Numbered from the stretch's first letter, positions 33,513 to 44,162 are shown. The stretch is 64,000 nt of DNA from Anaeromyxobacteraceae bacterium (GCA_035636195.1 DASPZP010000034.1:715-64714), one strand, 5' to 3'. Notes: generated by a model from the letters alone, not told the origin. Numbers and translations: made by a program.

Positions 33513-34505
33513 TCAACTCGAGTCCGAGATGGTCAGGTAGACCATCGTCTGGTTCAGCAGCTGATAGGCGATCTCACCGAATGTGATGGGTCCGATGATC
33601 GCTCCCGTGCTCCGGCCCTCCAGCGACGAATGGACGAAGTTGAGGACGCAGTTGCACGAGAACGCGATTCGATTCTCGAGCCCGGCGGGTAGCGCGGAGA
33701 CGAACGCGTCCACGTAGTCGGGGACCGGCCGGGCGTGGTGGTAGCCGATGCCGGCGAAGACCGGAGCGTAGAACCGAACCTCGCCCCCGGGCTGACCGAC
33801 GGCGAGGAAGCTCACGTTGATGCGGGCGCCACAGTAGTCGGCGACGAGGGGCAGGCGCGTGTCGATGCCGGTTTCCTGGATGTACTCGGCGAAGTTGCGC
33901 GGGCGTCCGTCGATGTGGGCGACGGTGGCGGAGAACCCTGTCCTCGGGAAGGTGATCTCGGCGCCGTCCCCCTTCTCGAAGATGTTGAGGATCCCGAGCT
34001 CTGCCGTCTTCCCAGGAGGGAAGCAGACGTGCATCACCACGGCCTCCTGCTCCAGCGCCTCACCCGTGGTGCCGTCGAGCACCTTGGGCGTCACCTCACC
34101 GATCTCGGACAGGTGGACGCCCGAGATCCACCCGAAGAGCGGAGCGGTCGCGAACTTGTCATACCGCGGGGCGTCCACCGCAAACGAGAGGTGCACCCGG
34201 CTGCCGCTCGGGACGATGATGATGCCCATCCCCTTGGCCGGTAGATCCGCGTACACCCGCGCGATGCCGCCCTCGTCGTAGCGGCGAATGCCCGCGTACT
34301 CGAACCGCTCCGGCAGCTTCTCGACGAAGATCCGGCGGCGATCGACGACGCCGCCCTCGTCGCTCATGAAGTACGGGATGGTGCCCGCGATCCATCTTCC
34401 CCTGGGCAGCCGGCGCAGCAGGCTCTCGTCACCAGCCAGTAGCAGCGCCTCTCCCCGGCGAATCATCGCCGCGACCTCGTCGACCTCCAGGAGATGCCGC
34501 AGCAT
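33513..34505 (-). CDS. Conserved hypothetical protein, FIST-like sensory fold (tentative)
   Basis: 330 aa from ATG 34505. Segments GTIPYFMSDEGG, SCNCVLNF..LEG and GEIAYQLLNQTMVYL recall FIST_N/FIST_C. The upstream 400-aa extension in the ORF track is antisense to the kinase gene. Confidence 0.55.
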   Translation of the reverse strand: MLRHLLEVDEVAAMIRRGEALLLAGDESLLRRLPRGRWIAGTIPYFMSDEGGVVDRRRIFVEKLPERFEYAGIRRYDEGGIARVYADLPAKGMGIIIVPSGSRVHLSFAVDAPRYDKFATAPLFGWISGVHLSEIGEVTPKVLDGTTGEALEQEAVVMHVCFPPGKTAELGILNIFEKGDGAEITFPRTGFSATVAHIDGRPRNFAEYIQETGIDTRLPLVADYCGARINVSFLAVGQPGGEVRFYAPVFAGIGYHHARPVPDYVDAFVSALPAGLENRIAFSCNCVLNFVHSSLEGRSTGAIIGPITFGEIAYQLLNQTMVYLTISDSS

Positions 34506-34685
34506 GCCTCGCCTCAGTATATCTGGCGTGAGCTTCCATTTCCGCGCCCGACGGGGATCGCGGGTGGCACTGCACGCCAGCCGCCCGGCGCGTGTTCTGC
34601 CCTGCTGGCGCTGGCCGATGGGGCGCTCGCGCGCCGCCACGGATATGGGTGGTGGCGGCCAGGCCCCTGTGCGTCCACCTCCGAA

Positions 34686-36206
34686 ATGAACCTGCTCGCC
34701 GAACAGCTCCGGATCAGCGCGATGCAGGTGGAAGCCACTCGCTTCCAGCGGTTCGCGCGGGACGCTCCCATCGGCATCGTCTTCATCAGCAGCGACGGCC
34801 GGGTGCAGTTCGCGAATGACGAGTACCTGCGGATCATCGATCGCTCGCGCGAGGAGTTCGAGGCGGAGCGGTTTCGCCCGGGTCCGGGCGGGGTCCCCAG
34901 ATGGTTGCGCCCCGAGCTCGGCGCGCGACACGAGAGCGAATACGTCCGGAGCGACGGTACCCGGGTCCCGATCCTCGTCGGCCTTTCGAGTCAACCGGAC
35001 GGCCTGGCGGCGTTCGTCATCGATCTGACCTCCGAGAAGTCGGCGCAGCTCGCGCGGCAGGAGAGCGAGGAGCGCTACCGCGCGATCGCCGAGAAGCTCG
35101 AGGAGGCGGATCGCCGCAAGAACGAGTTCTTGAGCGTGCTCTCGCACGAGTTGCGGAACCCGCTCGCGCCGATCCGGAACGCGCTGCATCTCCTCGCCCG
35201 CGCGCCGGACGACCTCGCGCGAACGGCGCGGGCTCGCGACGTGATCGCCCGACAGTTCGGGCACCTCTCGCGGCTGGTGGACGACCTCCTCGACATCACC
35301 CGCATCACGCGCGGACGGATCGAGCTCCATCGCGAGCCGCTCGATCTCTCGCGGCTCGTGCGCGACACCGTCGAGGACCATCGCGGCGAGCTCGAGGCCG
35401 CGGGGCTCCGCCTCCTCCTGGAGGTGCCGACCGCGGTCGTCCCGATCGACGGCGACGCGACCCGGCTCGCCCAGGTCCTCGGGAACCTGCTCGCCAACTC
35501 GGCCAAGTTCACGGCGCGCGGCGGCACGGTCGCGGTGCGCATTGGGGAGGAACCTGGGGGCGCCGCGCTCATCGAGGTCCGCGACACGGGCGAGGGCATC
35601 GAGGCCGACGTGCTCTCGCGCCTCTTCCAGCCGTTCTCCCAGGCGGACCGCAGCCTCGCGCGCTCCCGCGGCGGGCTGGGCCTCGGGCTCACGGTCGTGA
35701 AGGGCCTCGTCGAGCTGCACGGCGGAACGGTCGCCGTGACGAGCGGCGGCCGCGGCGCCGGGACGAAGGTCGTGGTCCGCCTGCCGCTCGCTCCGGCGCT
35801 ACCGCCGCCCGGGCCACGCGCCGACACCGCCCCGTCCATCGCGCACGTCCTGATCGTCGAGGACAACGTCGACGCGGCCGAGACGCTGCGGGAGGCGCTG
35901 AAGCTCGAGGGGATGGCAGTCACGGTCGCGTATGACGGCGATGCCGGCCTCGATGCGGCCCGGCGGAACGTGCCGGACCTCGTCATCTGCGACATCGGCC
36001 TGCCTGGAGACCTCGACGGCTACGGCGTCGCGCGCGCGATCCGGGCGGACCCGGCGCTGCGCCACACGCCGCTCGTGGCGCTGACCGGCTACGCGGGGCC
36101 GGAGGATCAGGCGCGCGCGCTGGAGGCGGGGTTCGACCGGCACCTGGCGAAGCCGATCGGGATCGAGGACCTGCTGCACGCGATCGCTCCCCTCACGCGG
36201 CACTGA
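34686..36206 (+). CDS. Hybrid sensor histidine kinase (PAS-HisKA-HATPase_c-REC)
   Basis: H-box FLSVLSHELRNPLAPI, N/G boxes (LLANSAKFT, DTGEGI, GLGLGLTVV) and a C-terminal receiver (VLIVEDNVDAAE...DIGLPGDLDGY...KPI). Confidence 0.9.
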   Translation: MNLLAEQLRISAMQVEATRFQRFARDAPIGIVFISSDGRVQFANDEYLRIIDRSREEFEAERFRPGPGGVPRWLRPELGARHESEYVRSDGTRVPILVGLSSQPDGLAAFVIDLTSEKSAQLARQESEERYRAIAEKLEEADRRKNEFLSVLSHELRNPLAPIRNALHLLARAPDDLARTARARDVIARQFGHLSRLVDDLLDITRITRGRIELHREPLDLSRLVRDTVEDHRGELEAAGLRLLLEVPTAVVPIDGDATRLAQVLGNLLANSAKFTARGGTVAVRIGEEPGGAALIEVRDTGEGIEADVLSRLFQPFSQADRSLARSRGGLGLGLTVVKGLVELHGGTVAVTSGGRGAGTKVVVRLPLAPALPPPGPRADTAPSIAHVLIVEDNVDAAETLREALKLEGMAVTVAYDGDAGLDAARRNVPDLVICDIGLPGDLDGYGVARAIRADPALRHTPLVALTGYAGPEDQARALEAGFDRHLAKPIGIEDLLHAIAPLTRH

Positions 36207-36248
36207 TCGAGCAAGCACGGGAGCGGCCGCGCCCACTAGAACTGTGGG

Positions 36249-38282
36249 GTGCTCGAACACCGACGGACACTCTGCGTCGCGGCCGTCGTCCTGGCCATGG
36301 GCTGCGCAACTGGGGAGAGACGAGATCTCCCCCAGGTGCACTCGGTGCGAATCGAGGGCGCGAGAAAGGTCCAAGAGGGGGACATCAAGAAGCACATCCT
36401 CACCACCGAGAACAGCTGGGTCCCTTTCTCGCGGAGACAGTACTTCGAGGAAGATGCGTGGAAGACGGACCTCCGCCGCATCGAGAAGTTCTACCGGGCG
36501 CAGGGCTTCTACCAGGCGAAGGTGACCGGAGCGGAAGTGAAGGCCCACGGGCAGAAGGAGGTGGACGTCTTCGCCACGGTGGAAGAGGGCGACCCGACCC
36601 GCATCAGCTCGGTCAACATCCAGGGGCTGGATGACCTCCCCGACGGGGACCGGAAGCAGCTCCTCGAGCAAGTCGAGCTCAAGGTGGGGCAGATCTTCAT
36701 CGTGGAGCGCTGGGACGGGCTCAAGGAGAAGCTCCTCCACACTCTTCTGGAAGAGGGCTACGCGGCGGCCACGGCGCAGGGGGAGGTGAAGGTGGGCCTC
36801 GATACGCACGCGGCCGAGGTCACCGTCAGCGTCGACCATGGCCCGCGATACCGGTTCGGCGCCGTGTCGGTGAAGAAGTACACGCCTTCGCGAGTGTCGC
36901 CTTGGCGCATCACGGAGCAAGCCACGGCGGAGGCTACGCCGGGCGACTGGTACTCCTTGAAGGCGCAGAGCGAAGCGGAAGCGCGCGTCTTCAAGATGGG
37001 CGTCTTCGGAGCGGTGAAGTTGAAGCCGGCGGAGCCCGATCCAGGGACCCTCACCGTTCCCTTGCAGGTGGACGCCCAGGAGTCGCGCTTTCATACCGTC
37101 AGCGTCGGAGGCGGCATCGCGGTTGACCAGACCCGGCAGGAGCTCCGCGCGACGTCGCGCTATATTGACCGGGATTTCTTGGGCGGCCTGCGCAGGCTTA
37201 CCCTCAACGCAATGGCCGGCTACGCGTGGATTCCGACTTTCTACGCATCGACCGCGTCGGGCGCCCAGCGCGGCGTGGTGGGCAGCCTCAGCGGGGAGCT
37301 CGAGCAGCCCAGGCTCCTCTCCTCCCGCGACCTCAAGCTCGATTCCAAGCTCACGCTGGAGCGGGGGCTCGAGCCTGCCTATAGCTACTACGGGGGACGC
37401 GCGAAGCTGGCTGTGGTCTACGCGCCGACGAACCACCTCACGATCACGCCATCGTACAATCTCGAGTTCTACCGACTCGAGTCCGGGTCTGCCCAGCTCA
37501 CCGGCCCAGCACCGGCGCTCCTCTTCGGCTGCCCGGAGAACTGCGTGCTCTCCTACGCAGAGGAGCTCGTCGAATGGGACATGCGAGATGACCGCCAGGA
37601 GCCCCACCGCGGCTATTACCTCGCCCTGTCGCTCCAGGAGGGCGGCGGGATACTGGGCGGAAGCTTCGGCTATTTCCGCATCGTCCCCGAGGCTCGCGGC
37701 TACGTTTCGTTCCTCGAGCAGGACAAGCTGACGTTCGCAGCGCGGGTGAAGGTGGGGACGCTCATCCCCGGAAACGGGAACGACGCGTCGAGCCCCATCG
37801 TCTCGCGGTTCTACTCGGGCGGAAACGACATGCGCGGCTTCAACAGCCGGAGGCTCTCCCCCGAGTTCGTCGTACCTCAGCCTGGGTCGACGACGCTGGG
37901 TTACACCGTCCCGGTTGGCGGAAACGGCTTGTTCGAGTCCTCCTTCGAGGCCCGCTACAACCTTACCGGCGCCCTGGTGCTGGCGGCCTTCGTCGACACG
38001 GGCTTCGTCACGCGCGAGCGCCTCGACGCGAGGGCCTTCCGCGACGACATCCTGGTGGCCTTCGGTGCCGGGCTCCGGTACCGGACTCCGGTCGGGCCGA
38101 TCCGTGTGGACTTCGGCTACCGTCCGGACATCGGCCCTCCCCTGGCCGTGACTCAATCGCCCGGCACCTCGCTCACTGCGCCGACGAGATCCAGCTGCTT
38201 TGGGCTCGGGAGCGGAGGACCCAGGGCGGGCGCCCCCGAAGGCCCCTGCGTCCTCCACATTTCGATCGGCGAGGCCTTCTAG
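36249..38282 (+). CDS. tamA: Omp85-family outer membrane protein, TamA/BamA-like (POTRA repeats + beta-barrel)
   Basis: POTRA-like repeats (VRIEGARKVQEGDI..., ISSVNIQGL...) and a C-terminal barrel ending ...HISIGEAF. Lies directly upstream of a TamB-like gene. GTG start and a lipobox-like LAMGC. Confidence 0.8.
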   Translation: MLEHRRTLCVAAVVLAMGCATGERRDLPQVHSVRIEGARKVQEGDIKKHILTTENSWVPFSRRQYFEEDAWKTDLRRIEKFYRAQGFYQAKVTGAEVKAHGQKEVDVFATVEEGDPTRISSVNIQGLDDLPDGDRKQLLEQVELKVGQIFIVERWDGLKEKLLHTLLEEGYAAATAQGEVKVGLDTHAAEVTVSVDHGPRYRFGAVSVKKYTPSRVSPWRITEQATAEATPGDWYSLKAQSEAEARVFKMGVFGAVKLKPAEPDPGTLTVPLQVDAQESRFHTVSVGGGIAVDQTRQELRATSRYIDRDFLGGLRRLTLNAMAGYAWIPTFYASTASGAQRGVVGSLSGELEQPRLLSSRDLKLDSKLTLERGLEPAYSYYGGRAKLAVVYAPTNHLTITPSYNLEFYRLESGSAQLTGPAPALLFGCPENCVLSYAEELVEWDMRDDRQEPHRGYYLALSLQEGGGILGGSFGYFRIVPEARGYVSFLEQDKLTFAARVKVGTLIPGNGNDASSPIVSRFYSGGNDMRGFNSRRLSPEFVVPQPGSTTLGYTVPVGGNGLFESSFEARYNLTGALVLAAFVDTGFVTRERLDARAFRDDILVAFGAGLRYRTPVGPIRVDFGYRPDIGPPLAVTQSPGTSLTAPTRSSCFGLGSGGPRAGAPEGPCVLHISIGEAF

Positions 38283-38397
38283 CCCTACACACGCATGCCA
38301 AACGGACGGGCCACCAGGTGCTCGCCGTGCGGTTCCAGTCGCGATTCGGCGCCCTTACCTATGAGGAGGCAGCCCTCTTTTGGGCAAGGGGTGCGTC

Positions 38398-41300
38398 ATG
38401 GCGTCACCGAAGTCGAGCGGTGGCGGGAGCCGGAGCCCGAAGTGGCACAAGGGGCTGAGATGGCTCGCCATCGCCGCGCTGTCGCTCGTCGGGCTCGTGC
38501 TCGTCCTCGTCCTCGGGACGCTCACGTACGTCGCGACGCCGTCCGGCGGAGAGCGGCTCCGCAAGCTCGTCGTCGAGAAGGCGAACGCCACCATCGAAGG
38601 AGCCATCGCGGTTCAGAAGCTCTCCCTGCGTGGCGGGCACCTGATGCTCGAAGGCCTCGAGCTCCGTGACCCGGACGGCGAGATGGTCGCGAGCGTCGCC
38701 GCGCTCGAGGTCCGACTTCGCCTCACGGCGCTCGTACGAAAGCGCCTCGATGTCATGCTCGTCCGACTGGACGGGCAGGAACTTCACCTCGAACAGGACG
38801 AGAGCGGGAGCAACCTCGAGCGCGCGATCGCGGAGCGGAACCCGACGCCCAAGCTCGAGAAGGCGAGCGAGAAGGGCGGCGTGGGGCTCATCCTCGAGGA
38901 CATCGAGATTGCCCACGGCGTCGTCGACGTCGTGCAGCGCTCCGCGGGCACCTCGCGCCACATCCACCTCGATGACCTCGTGGCACATGGCTCCGCCAAG
39001 GCGGTGGGGGATGCGCTCGGAGCGCGGCTGGACATGACCGGGAACTTCGCTGCTCCCTTCGAAGGCCCCTTTCACCTCGGCCTCGTCGCTGCGGGCGCGG
39101 GTGAGCGCAAGGACGCGCGGCTCGCGCTCGAGCTCGGGACGGCGAAGCTCGTGGCCACGGGGCACATGGAGGACGAGAGCCGCGCGGATGTCAGGATCGA
39201 GTCGCTCCTGGTCCCGCCGGAGATTGCTCGGGCGTTCTCGTCGAGCTACCCGCTCCGTGCGGTGGCGTCGCTTTCGGCGGAGGCCAAGCGGAACGGTGAT
39301 GAGCTCTCTCTGCGCCTCGAAGCCAAGGCCGCCTCGGCGACCGCACAGGTGGACGGGGACTTCAACCTGGCCACCCAGCGCACCCATCGGACGACGGTCG
39401 TCGTTCGCCACGTGGATCTGAGCGAGCTGACCGACGACGGTCCACCCTCCGACATCGCCTTGAGCCTGGAGGCGTCGGGGGGAGGGAACTCGCTCGACGA
39501 TCTCGTCGGCCGGCTGGAGATGAGTGTGCCCTCCTCGCCGATGGCGGGCGAGACGATGGGTCCGGTGCACGTGCTGGCGACCGCGAAGGATGCCGAGGTG
39601 CAGCTGCCGGAGCTCCTGATCAACGTACCAGGCGTTCGAATCGAGGCGCGGGGGCGAGCAAGCAAGGACCGACTGGCATTGGGTGGGAAGCTCCTGGCGA
39701 GCGATCTCCGCGCGCTCAGCCGGACTCTGGGCAAGCTCGCGGGTCCCAAGGGTATCTCCTTGAAGGGACAGGGGCAGCTCTCCTTCGCGGTCGCGGGCTT
39801 GGTGGAGCATCCCTCGCTCGAGGCGGACGGCAGCTTCCCCGTCCTCGCGTACCAGAAGAACCGGGTGGGCGGCCTGGCGCTGCACGTCGATACGCCGGAC
39901 CTGAAGGTGCCCACCGGTACGAAGGCGCGCGTGACGGCGAGGACGCTGGCGCTCGCACCCAGGAAGGTATTCCGCGCGGTGCTCCTCGAGGTGGACGGCA
40001 GCGGCCGGGAGCTGAGCCTGGACGCAGCCGTGCACGGCTACGCGGAGCTGGCCCTCCGGGCGCAGGCCACGCTCTCTCCGGACGGTCACGCGGGGACGCT
40101 GAATGCGCTGTCGTTGCGTTACCCCGAGGCGCAATGGACGCTGGAGGCGCCGGTACAGATCGAGTCTCGCCCAGGCCTGCTCGCGCTTTCACCCTTGACT
40201 CTGCGGTCGGGTGAGGAGGCCGTCTCGGCGAGGGTGCTCGAGCGCGGGACGAAACTCGACGCGTCGCTCGGGCTCCGTTCCTTCGACCTCGGGAAGCTTC
40301 CGCGGGCATTCGTCGATCCGGCGCTCGCGCTCGGAGGGATCCTGAATGTCGAGGTACGCGCGAAAGGCTCGAGCGGGAAGCCGGACGTGGTGGCCAAGGT
40401 CGATCTCCAGGGTGGCCGGTTCAAGAAGTATCGGAACGTCCAGCTCCGCCTGGACGCGTCCTACGCCAAGGACGAGGCGAAGGGAACGATCGCTGCGAAC
40501 GGCGAGGGTATCAAGCTGACCGGTGCCTTCGACCTGCCCGTGAAGGCGCTCAGGCAGGGGCGGCACGTACCGGTGAAGATGGAGCTCGAGGTACCCGAGT
40601 TCCGCCTGGATGAATCGCTCCGGCAGCTCGGACTCGAGAAGCCCATCTCCGGGCTCCTGTCGGCGCAGGTCTCCTTGAGAGGGACGGCGGATGATCCGCG
40701 GCTCGAGGCCGCGTTCAAGGGGCGCAGGCTCCAGGTGAAGCAGCTCAGGCCTACGGACATGGACGTCGCCCTGGCGAGCGCAGACGACGGCCGGCTCGGG
40801 GCTCGCGTGGACCTCACGCTGGAAGGGAAGAAGAGCTTCGTCGAGATGAGGACGCCGTTCACAGTCGGCCAGGTAATCCGCAAACCGCCAAACCGGGCCG
40901 CGCTCATGTCGGCCGAGTTCGTGCTCGAGGCGGACGTCCGAGAGCTCCCGCTGAAGCTCCTGTCCGAGGCAGGCTTGAGCGACGAGCCCCTGGATGGCGC
41001 GTTGAGCGCGCGGGCGCATGTGACCGGCACGGCCATGTCTCCCGCCGGCGAGGTCTCCGTGAGCGGGAAAGGGATCGCGACACAGGGCTTGAAGGCTCTG
41101 GACGCGAGCATCCACCTCCGGGCGGCAGACGATCTCCGTGTGGACATGCGCGCCGAGCAGCGCGGAAAGGCCATCTTCACGGCCAAGGCCCGCGTGGGCG
41201 CCGGCCCGAAGCAGCTCAACGAGCCCGACCGCCTGGCTCAGGCTGCGCTCTCGCTCGATGCGAGCGTCGGTCCCTTGTCCCTGTCCGAGCTGCAAGCCGC

Positions 41301-43002
41301 ACTTCAGCCGACCGATGTGGATCCAGCGCGGGCGCCACCGAAGATCCGTGGCACGCTCGCGGGTCAGCTCGCCGTGGGCGGCACCCTCCAGGACCCGCGG
41401 GTTGTGCTCCGGACGCGTGTGGACGGGCTCGGCGCGGAGAGATCGCCAGACGGACGGGTGGCGCTCAACTTCGATTACGTGAACGCGAAGGAGACGCTCG
41501 ACCTCCTCTTGAAGTCGCAGAACAAGGGCGAGCTGCACGCCGCGGCGGCCGCCCAGGTCGACCTCTCGTATCCGGCCGTGACCCGGACCCGGGGGCTCGA
41601 CACCACACCGGTGGACGCGACGCTCACGGCGAAGGACTTCGACCCGGGCTTCCTCTCGCACCTGACCGGCGCAGTGGCGAAGGTGGGAGGGCTCCTGTAC
41701 GCCGACGCCCGCCTGACCGGGACGATGCGATCGCCCGCGGTGAAGGGCCGGCTCGAGTGGAAGGACGGCCTCCTCTCCACTCACGGAAACGGTGACTTCA
41801 CGAACATTCACCTCCTCGCGATCGGCGACAACGACCGGATCGAGCTCAAGGAGCTGAGCGCGAAGAGCGGAAGCGGAACGGCCAAGCTCTCGGCCCTGGC
41901 GACGCGGACCGGCAGCAAGGAGTTCAAGCTTCACGCCGCCGCGGAGATGAACAAGTTCCCGGTGATGTCCCAGGGACAGGTCGCGGCGACGCTGTCGATC
42001 CGGAGCACCGCCGACGGCGCTGCCTCCCCGACCAGCGTGAGCATCAAGAACCTCGACATCCCCGAGGCGCACGTGCAGCTCCCTGACGTGCAGCGGAAGG
42101 ACGTCCAGAAGCTGGATGATCCGCCGGACGTCCTGTTGACCGTCAACGGCAAGCCGATCCGGGGCACGAAGGCGAAGTCGCCGGGGGAAGCGAGCGCTGC
42201 CGCGGAGCCGGGTGACAGTGGCTCCGGAAGCGCCGAGCCTGGCTCGTCCGGCTCCGAGCGTGCGGGAGCTCAGGTGACGGTGCTCGTGAATGCTCCGAGG
42301 AACCTCTGGATCCAGGGCAACGACATCAACACCGAGATCGGCCTCTCCGACGGCTTCCGCGTCGAGTACGCCACTGCGCCGAAAGTATTCGGCGACGTGA
42401 ACGTGCTCCGGGGACGACTCGACGTCTTCGGGCGGCGCTTCGACCTGCAGCGGGACTCCAAGATCTCCTTCACGGGTCCGGCGTTACAGCCCGATCTGAA
42501 CGTCACGGCGACGTACAAGAACGAGATCGAGCAGGTGACCGTCTATCTCAAGGTACAGGGGGAGGCGGAGAAGCTGCAGCTGCAGCCGACCTCGGAGCCG
42601 CCGCTCCCCGAGACCGAGATCTACACGCTGCTCGCGACCGGCCACACGTCTCTCCATCACGGCACCGGGAAGTCGTCGCCCGCGGGCGAGGCGGCGTCGC
42701 TCGTGGGTTCGGCGGCGGCGTCCCAGCTGAAGAAGACGCTCTCCGGCAAGCTTCCGCTCGACGTCCTCTCCATCGAGGCCGGGGACAGCGGCATCGCAGG
42801 CTCGAAGCTCGAGGCCGGCACCTACGTGAACGACCGGTTCTACGTCGGCTTCACGGGCCGGATCGGTGCAGACCCCATGCGCGGGGAGAACTCCAACGAG
42901 GTGGAGCTCGAGTACCAGCTCTCGAAGCACTGGAGCGTCAACGGCAGCTACGGGGACGCACGCGCGGGCGGAGCCGGCGTGAACTGGCGCAAGGACTACT
43001 GA
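38398..43002 (+). CDS. tamB: Translocation and assembly module protein TamB-like (DUF490/AsmA-like)
   Basis: About 1535 aa with an N-terminal TM anchor, a very long beta-rich repetitive body and a DUF490-like C-terminus (...YLKVQGEAEKLQLQPTSEPPLPETEIYTLLATG...ELEYQLSKHWSV). Confidence 0.85.
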   Translation: MASPKSSGGGSRSPKWHKGLRWLAIAALSLVGLVLVLVLGTLTYVATPSGGERLRKLVVEKANATIEGAIAVQKLSLRGGHLMLEGLELRDPDGEMVASVAALEVRLRLTALVRKRLDVMLVRLDGQELHLEQDESGSNLERAIAERNPTPKLEKASEKGGVGLILEDIEIAHGVVDVVQRSAGTSRHIHLDDLVAHGSAKAVGDALGARLDMTGNFAAPFEGPFHLGLVAAGAGERKDARLALELGTAKLVATGHMEDESRADVRIESLLVPPEIARAFSSSYPLRAVASLSAEAKRNGDELSLRLEAKAASATAQVDGDFNLATQRTHRTTVVVRHVDLSELTDDGPPSDIALSLEASGGGNSLDDLVGRLEMSVPSSPMAGETMGPVHVLATAKDAEVQLPELLINVPGVRIEARGRASKDRLALGGKLLASDLRALSRTLGKLAGPKGISLKGQGQLSFAVAGLVEHPSLEADGSFPVLAYQKNRVGGLALHVDTPDLKVPTGTKARVTARTLALAPRKVFRAVLLEVDGSGRELSLDAAVHGYAELALRAQATLSPDGHAGTLNALSLRYPEAQWTLEAPVQIESRPGLLALSPLTLRSGEEAVSARVLERGTKLDASLGLRSFDLGKLPRAFVDPALALGGILNVEVRAKGSSGKPDVVAKVDLQGGRFKKYRNVQLRLDASYAKDEAKGTIAANGEGIKLTGAFDLPVKALRQGRHVPVKMELEVPEFRLDESLRQLGLEKPISGLLSAQVSLRGTADDPRLEAAFKGRRLQVKQLRPTDMDVALASADDGRLGARVDLTLEGKKSFVEMRTPFTVGQVIRKPPNRAALMSAEFVLEADVRELPLKLLSEAGLSDEPLDGALSARAHVTGTAMSPAGEVSVSGKGIATQGLKALDASIHLRAADDLRVDMRAEQRGKAIFTAKARVGAGPKQLNEPDRLAQAALSLDASVGPLSLSELQAALQPTDVDPARAPPKIRGTLAGQLAVGGTLQDPRVVLRTRVDGLGAERSPDGRVALNFDYVNAKETLDLLLKSQNKGELHAAAAAQVDLSYPAVTRTRGLDTTPVDATLTAKDFDPGFLSHLTGAVAKVGGLLYADARLTGTMRSPAVKGRLEWKDGLLSTHGNGDFTNIHLLAIGDNDRIELKELSAKSGSGTAKLSALATRTGSKEFKLHAAAEMNKFPVMSQGQVAATLSIRSTADGAASPTSVSIKNLDIPEAHVQLPDVQRKDVQKLDDPPDVLLTVNGKPIRGTKAKSPGEASAAAEPGDSGSGSAEPGSSGSERAGAQVTVLVNAPRNLWIQGNDINTEIGLSDGFRVEYATAPKVFGDVNVLRGRLDVFGRRFDLQRDSKISFTGPALQPDLNVTATYKNEIEQVTVYLKVQGEAEKLQLQPTSEPPLPETEIYTLLATGHTSLHHGTGKSSPAGEAASLVGSAAASQLKKTLSGKLPLDVLSIEAGDSGIAGSKLEAGTYVNDRFYVGFTGRIGADPMRGENSNEVELEYQLSKHWSVNGSYGDARAGGAGVNWRKDY

Positions 43003-43042
43003 GCTCGCGCCGACACGGCGCGCAAGCGCGTCGCCGCCAGGC

Positions 43043-44095
43043 GTGCGTCCGCTCCGCCGCGTGCATAGCTTCGGAAGCATCCGGAGGTGCAATGTGACAG
43101 GCGCCGTCGTCCACCACGCTTGGTGCCAGGGCCATGACCCGGGGCCGGAGCACCCGGAGGGCGCCGATCGCCTGGAGGGCATCCTCGGCGCGGTCCGGGC
43201 CGACACGGCCCTCCGCGGCGCGGTGCGAGAGGTGCAAGCCCGGCCGGCGACGCTCCAGGACCTGCTGCGCGTCCATGCGCCGGAGCACCTGGCGCTCGTG
43301 CGGAAGGCGGCGGAGGAGGCCAGCTCGGCCGGAGGCGTCCGCTGGCTCGATCCCGACACGGCCGTCTCCGCGCTCTCCTTCGAGGCGGCGCTCGCCTCGG
43401 CGGGGTGCGCCATCGAGGCCGCGGAGCTCGTCGCGCGAGGCGAGGCAAGCGCCGCGTTCGCGTGCTGTCGTCCCCCTGGCCACCACGCCACGCCCGACCG
43501 CGCGATGGGATTCTGCCTCTTCAACAACGTGGCGGTCGCTGCCCGGCGCCTGCAAGCGCGCTTCGCGATGGAGCGGCTGCTCATCGTCGACTGGGACGTC
43601 CATCACGGCAACGGCACGCAGGAGATCTTCTGGGAGGACCCCTCGATCTACTACCTGTCACTCCACCTGTACCCCCACTACCCTGGCACCGGCGCCGCCT
43701 CGGAGCGCGGCGCGGGTGCAGGCGCGGGCACGACCCGGAACGTCCCGCTCGGCCACGGGACGACGGCCGCCGAGTACCGCGATGCCTTCCGCGAGGCCCT
43801 CGACGCCACGCTCGAGGAGTTCACGCCGGAGATGGTGCTCGTCTCTGCCGGGTTCGACTGCCTCGCCGGCGATCCGCTCGGCGGAATCCTGCTCGAGCCC
43901 GCGGATCTGCACGCGATCGCCTCGGACCTGCTCGAGCGCACCCGCTCCGCGACCGATGGACGCATCGCTGCGGTGCTCGAGGGCGGATACGTCCCAGCGC
44001 GCATGGGCCAGGCCGTCGCGGACGTGCTGCGGTCCTTCTGCGGCCTGCCCGCCTCGGCAGGCGAGGCCACGTCGCCGTCGCCCGCGGCGCCCTGA
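43043..44095 (+). CDS. Histone deacetylase-family protein (acetoin utilisation / acetylpolyamine amidohydrolase-like)
   Basis: CRPPGHHA, FCLFNNVAVAA, DWDVHHGNGTQEIF and GFDCLAGDPLG are the class I/II HDAC catalytic motifs. The start may instead be GTG 43094. Confidence 0.9.
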   Translation: MRPLRRVHSFGSIRRCNVTGAVVHHAWCQGHDPGPEHPEGADRLEGILGAVRADTALRGAVREVQARPATLQDLLRVHAPEHLALVRKAAEEASSAGGVRWLDPDTAVSALSFEAALASAGCAIEAAELVARGEASAAFACCRPPGHHATPDRAMGFCLFNNVAVAARRLQARFAMERLLIVDWDVHHGNGTQEIFWEDPSIYYLSLHLYPHYPGTGAASERGAGAGAGTTRNVPLGHGTTAAEYRDAFREALDATLEEFTPEMVLVSAGFDCLAGDPLGGILLEPADLHAIASDLLERTRSATDGRIAAVLEGGYVPARMGQAVADVLRSFCGLPASAGEATSPSPAAP

Positions 44096-44162
44096 CGGAC
44101 GATCGGCGTGCCCCCTGACGCACGCCACCGCCGCGACTCTCACCCACGGAAGAGATCGACGC

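Noticed and set aside
35799-42072. Long minus-strand ORFs (35799-38258, 38404-40134, 40189-42072) opposite tamA/tamB
   Set aside because: These are antisense artefacts. The + strand encodes POTRA/Omp85 and DUF490-like proteins with coherent domain order.
43003-43030. Hairpin GCGCGCCG-aca-CGGCGCGC after tamB as a terminator
   Set aside because: It has a 7-bp GC stem with a 3-nt loop but no downstream T-run. The HDAC-family gene starts within 40-90 bp, so read-through is as likely. Such GC palindromes are common in this composition.
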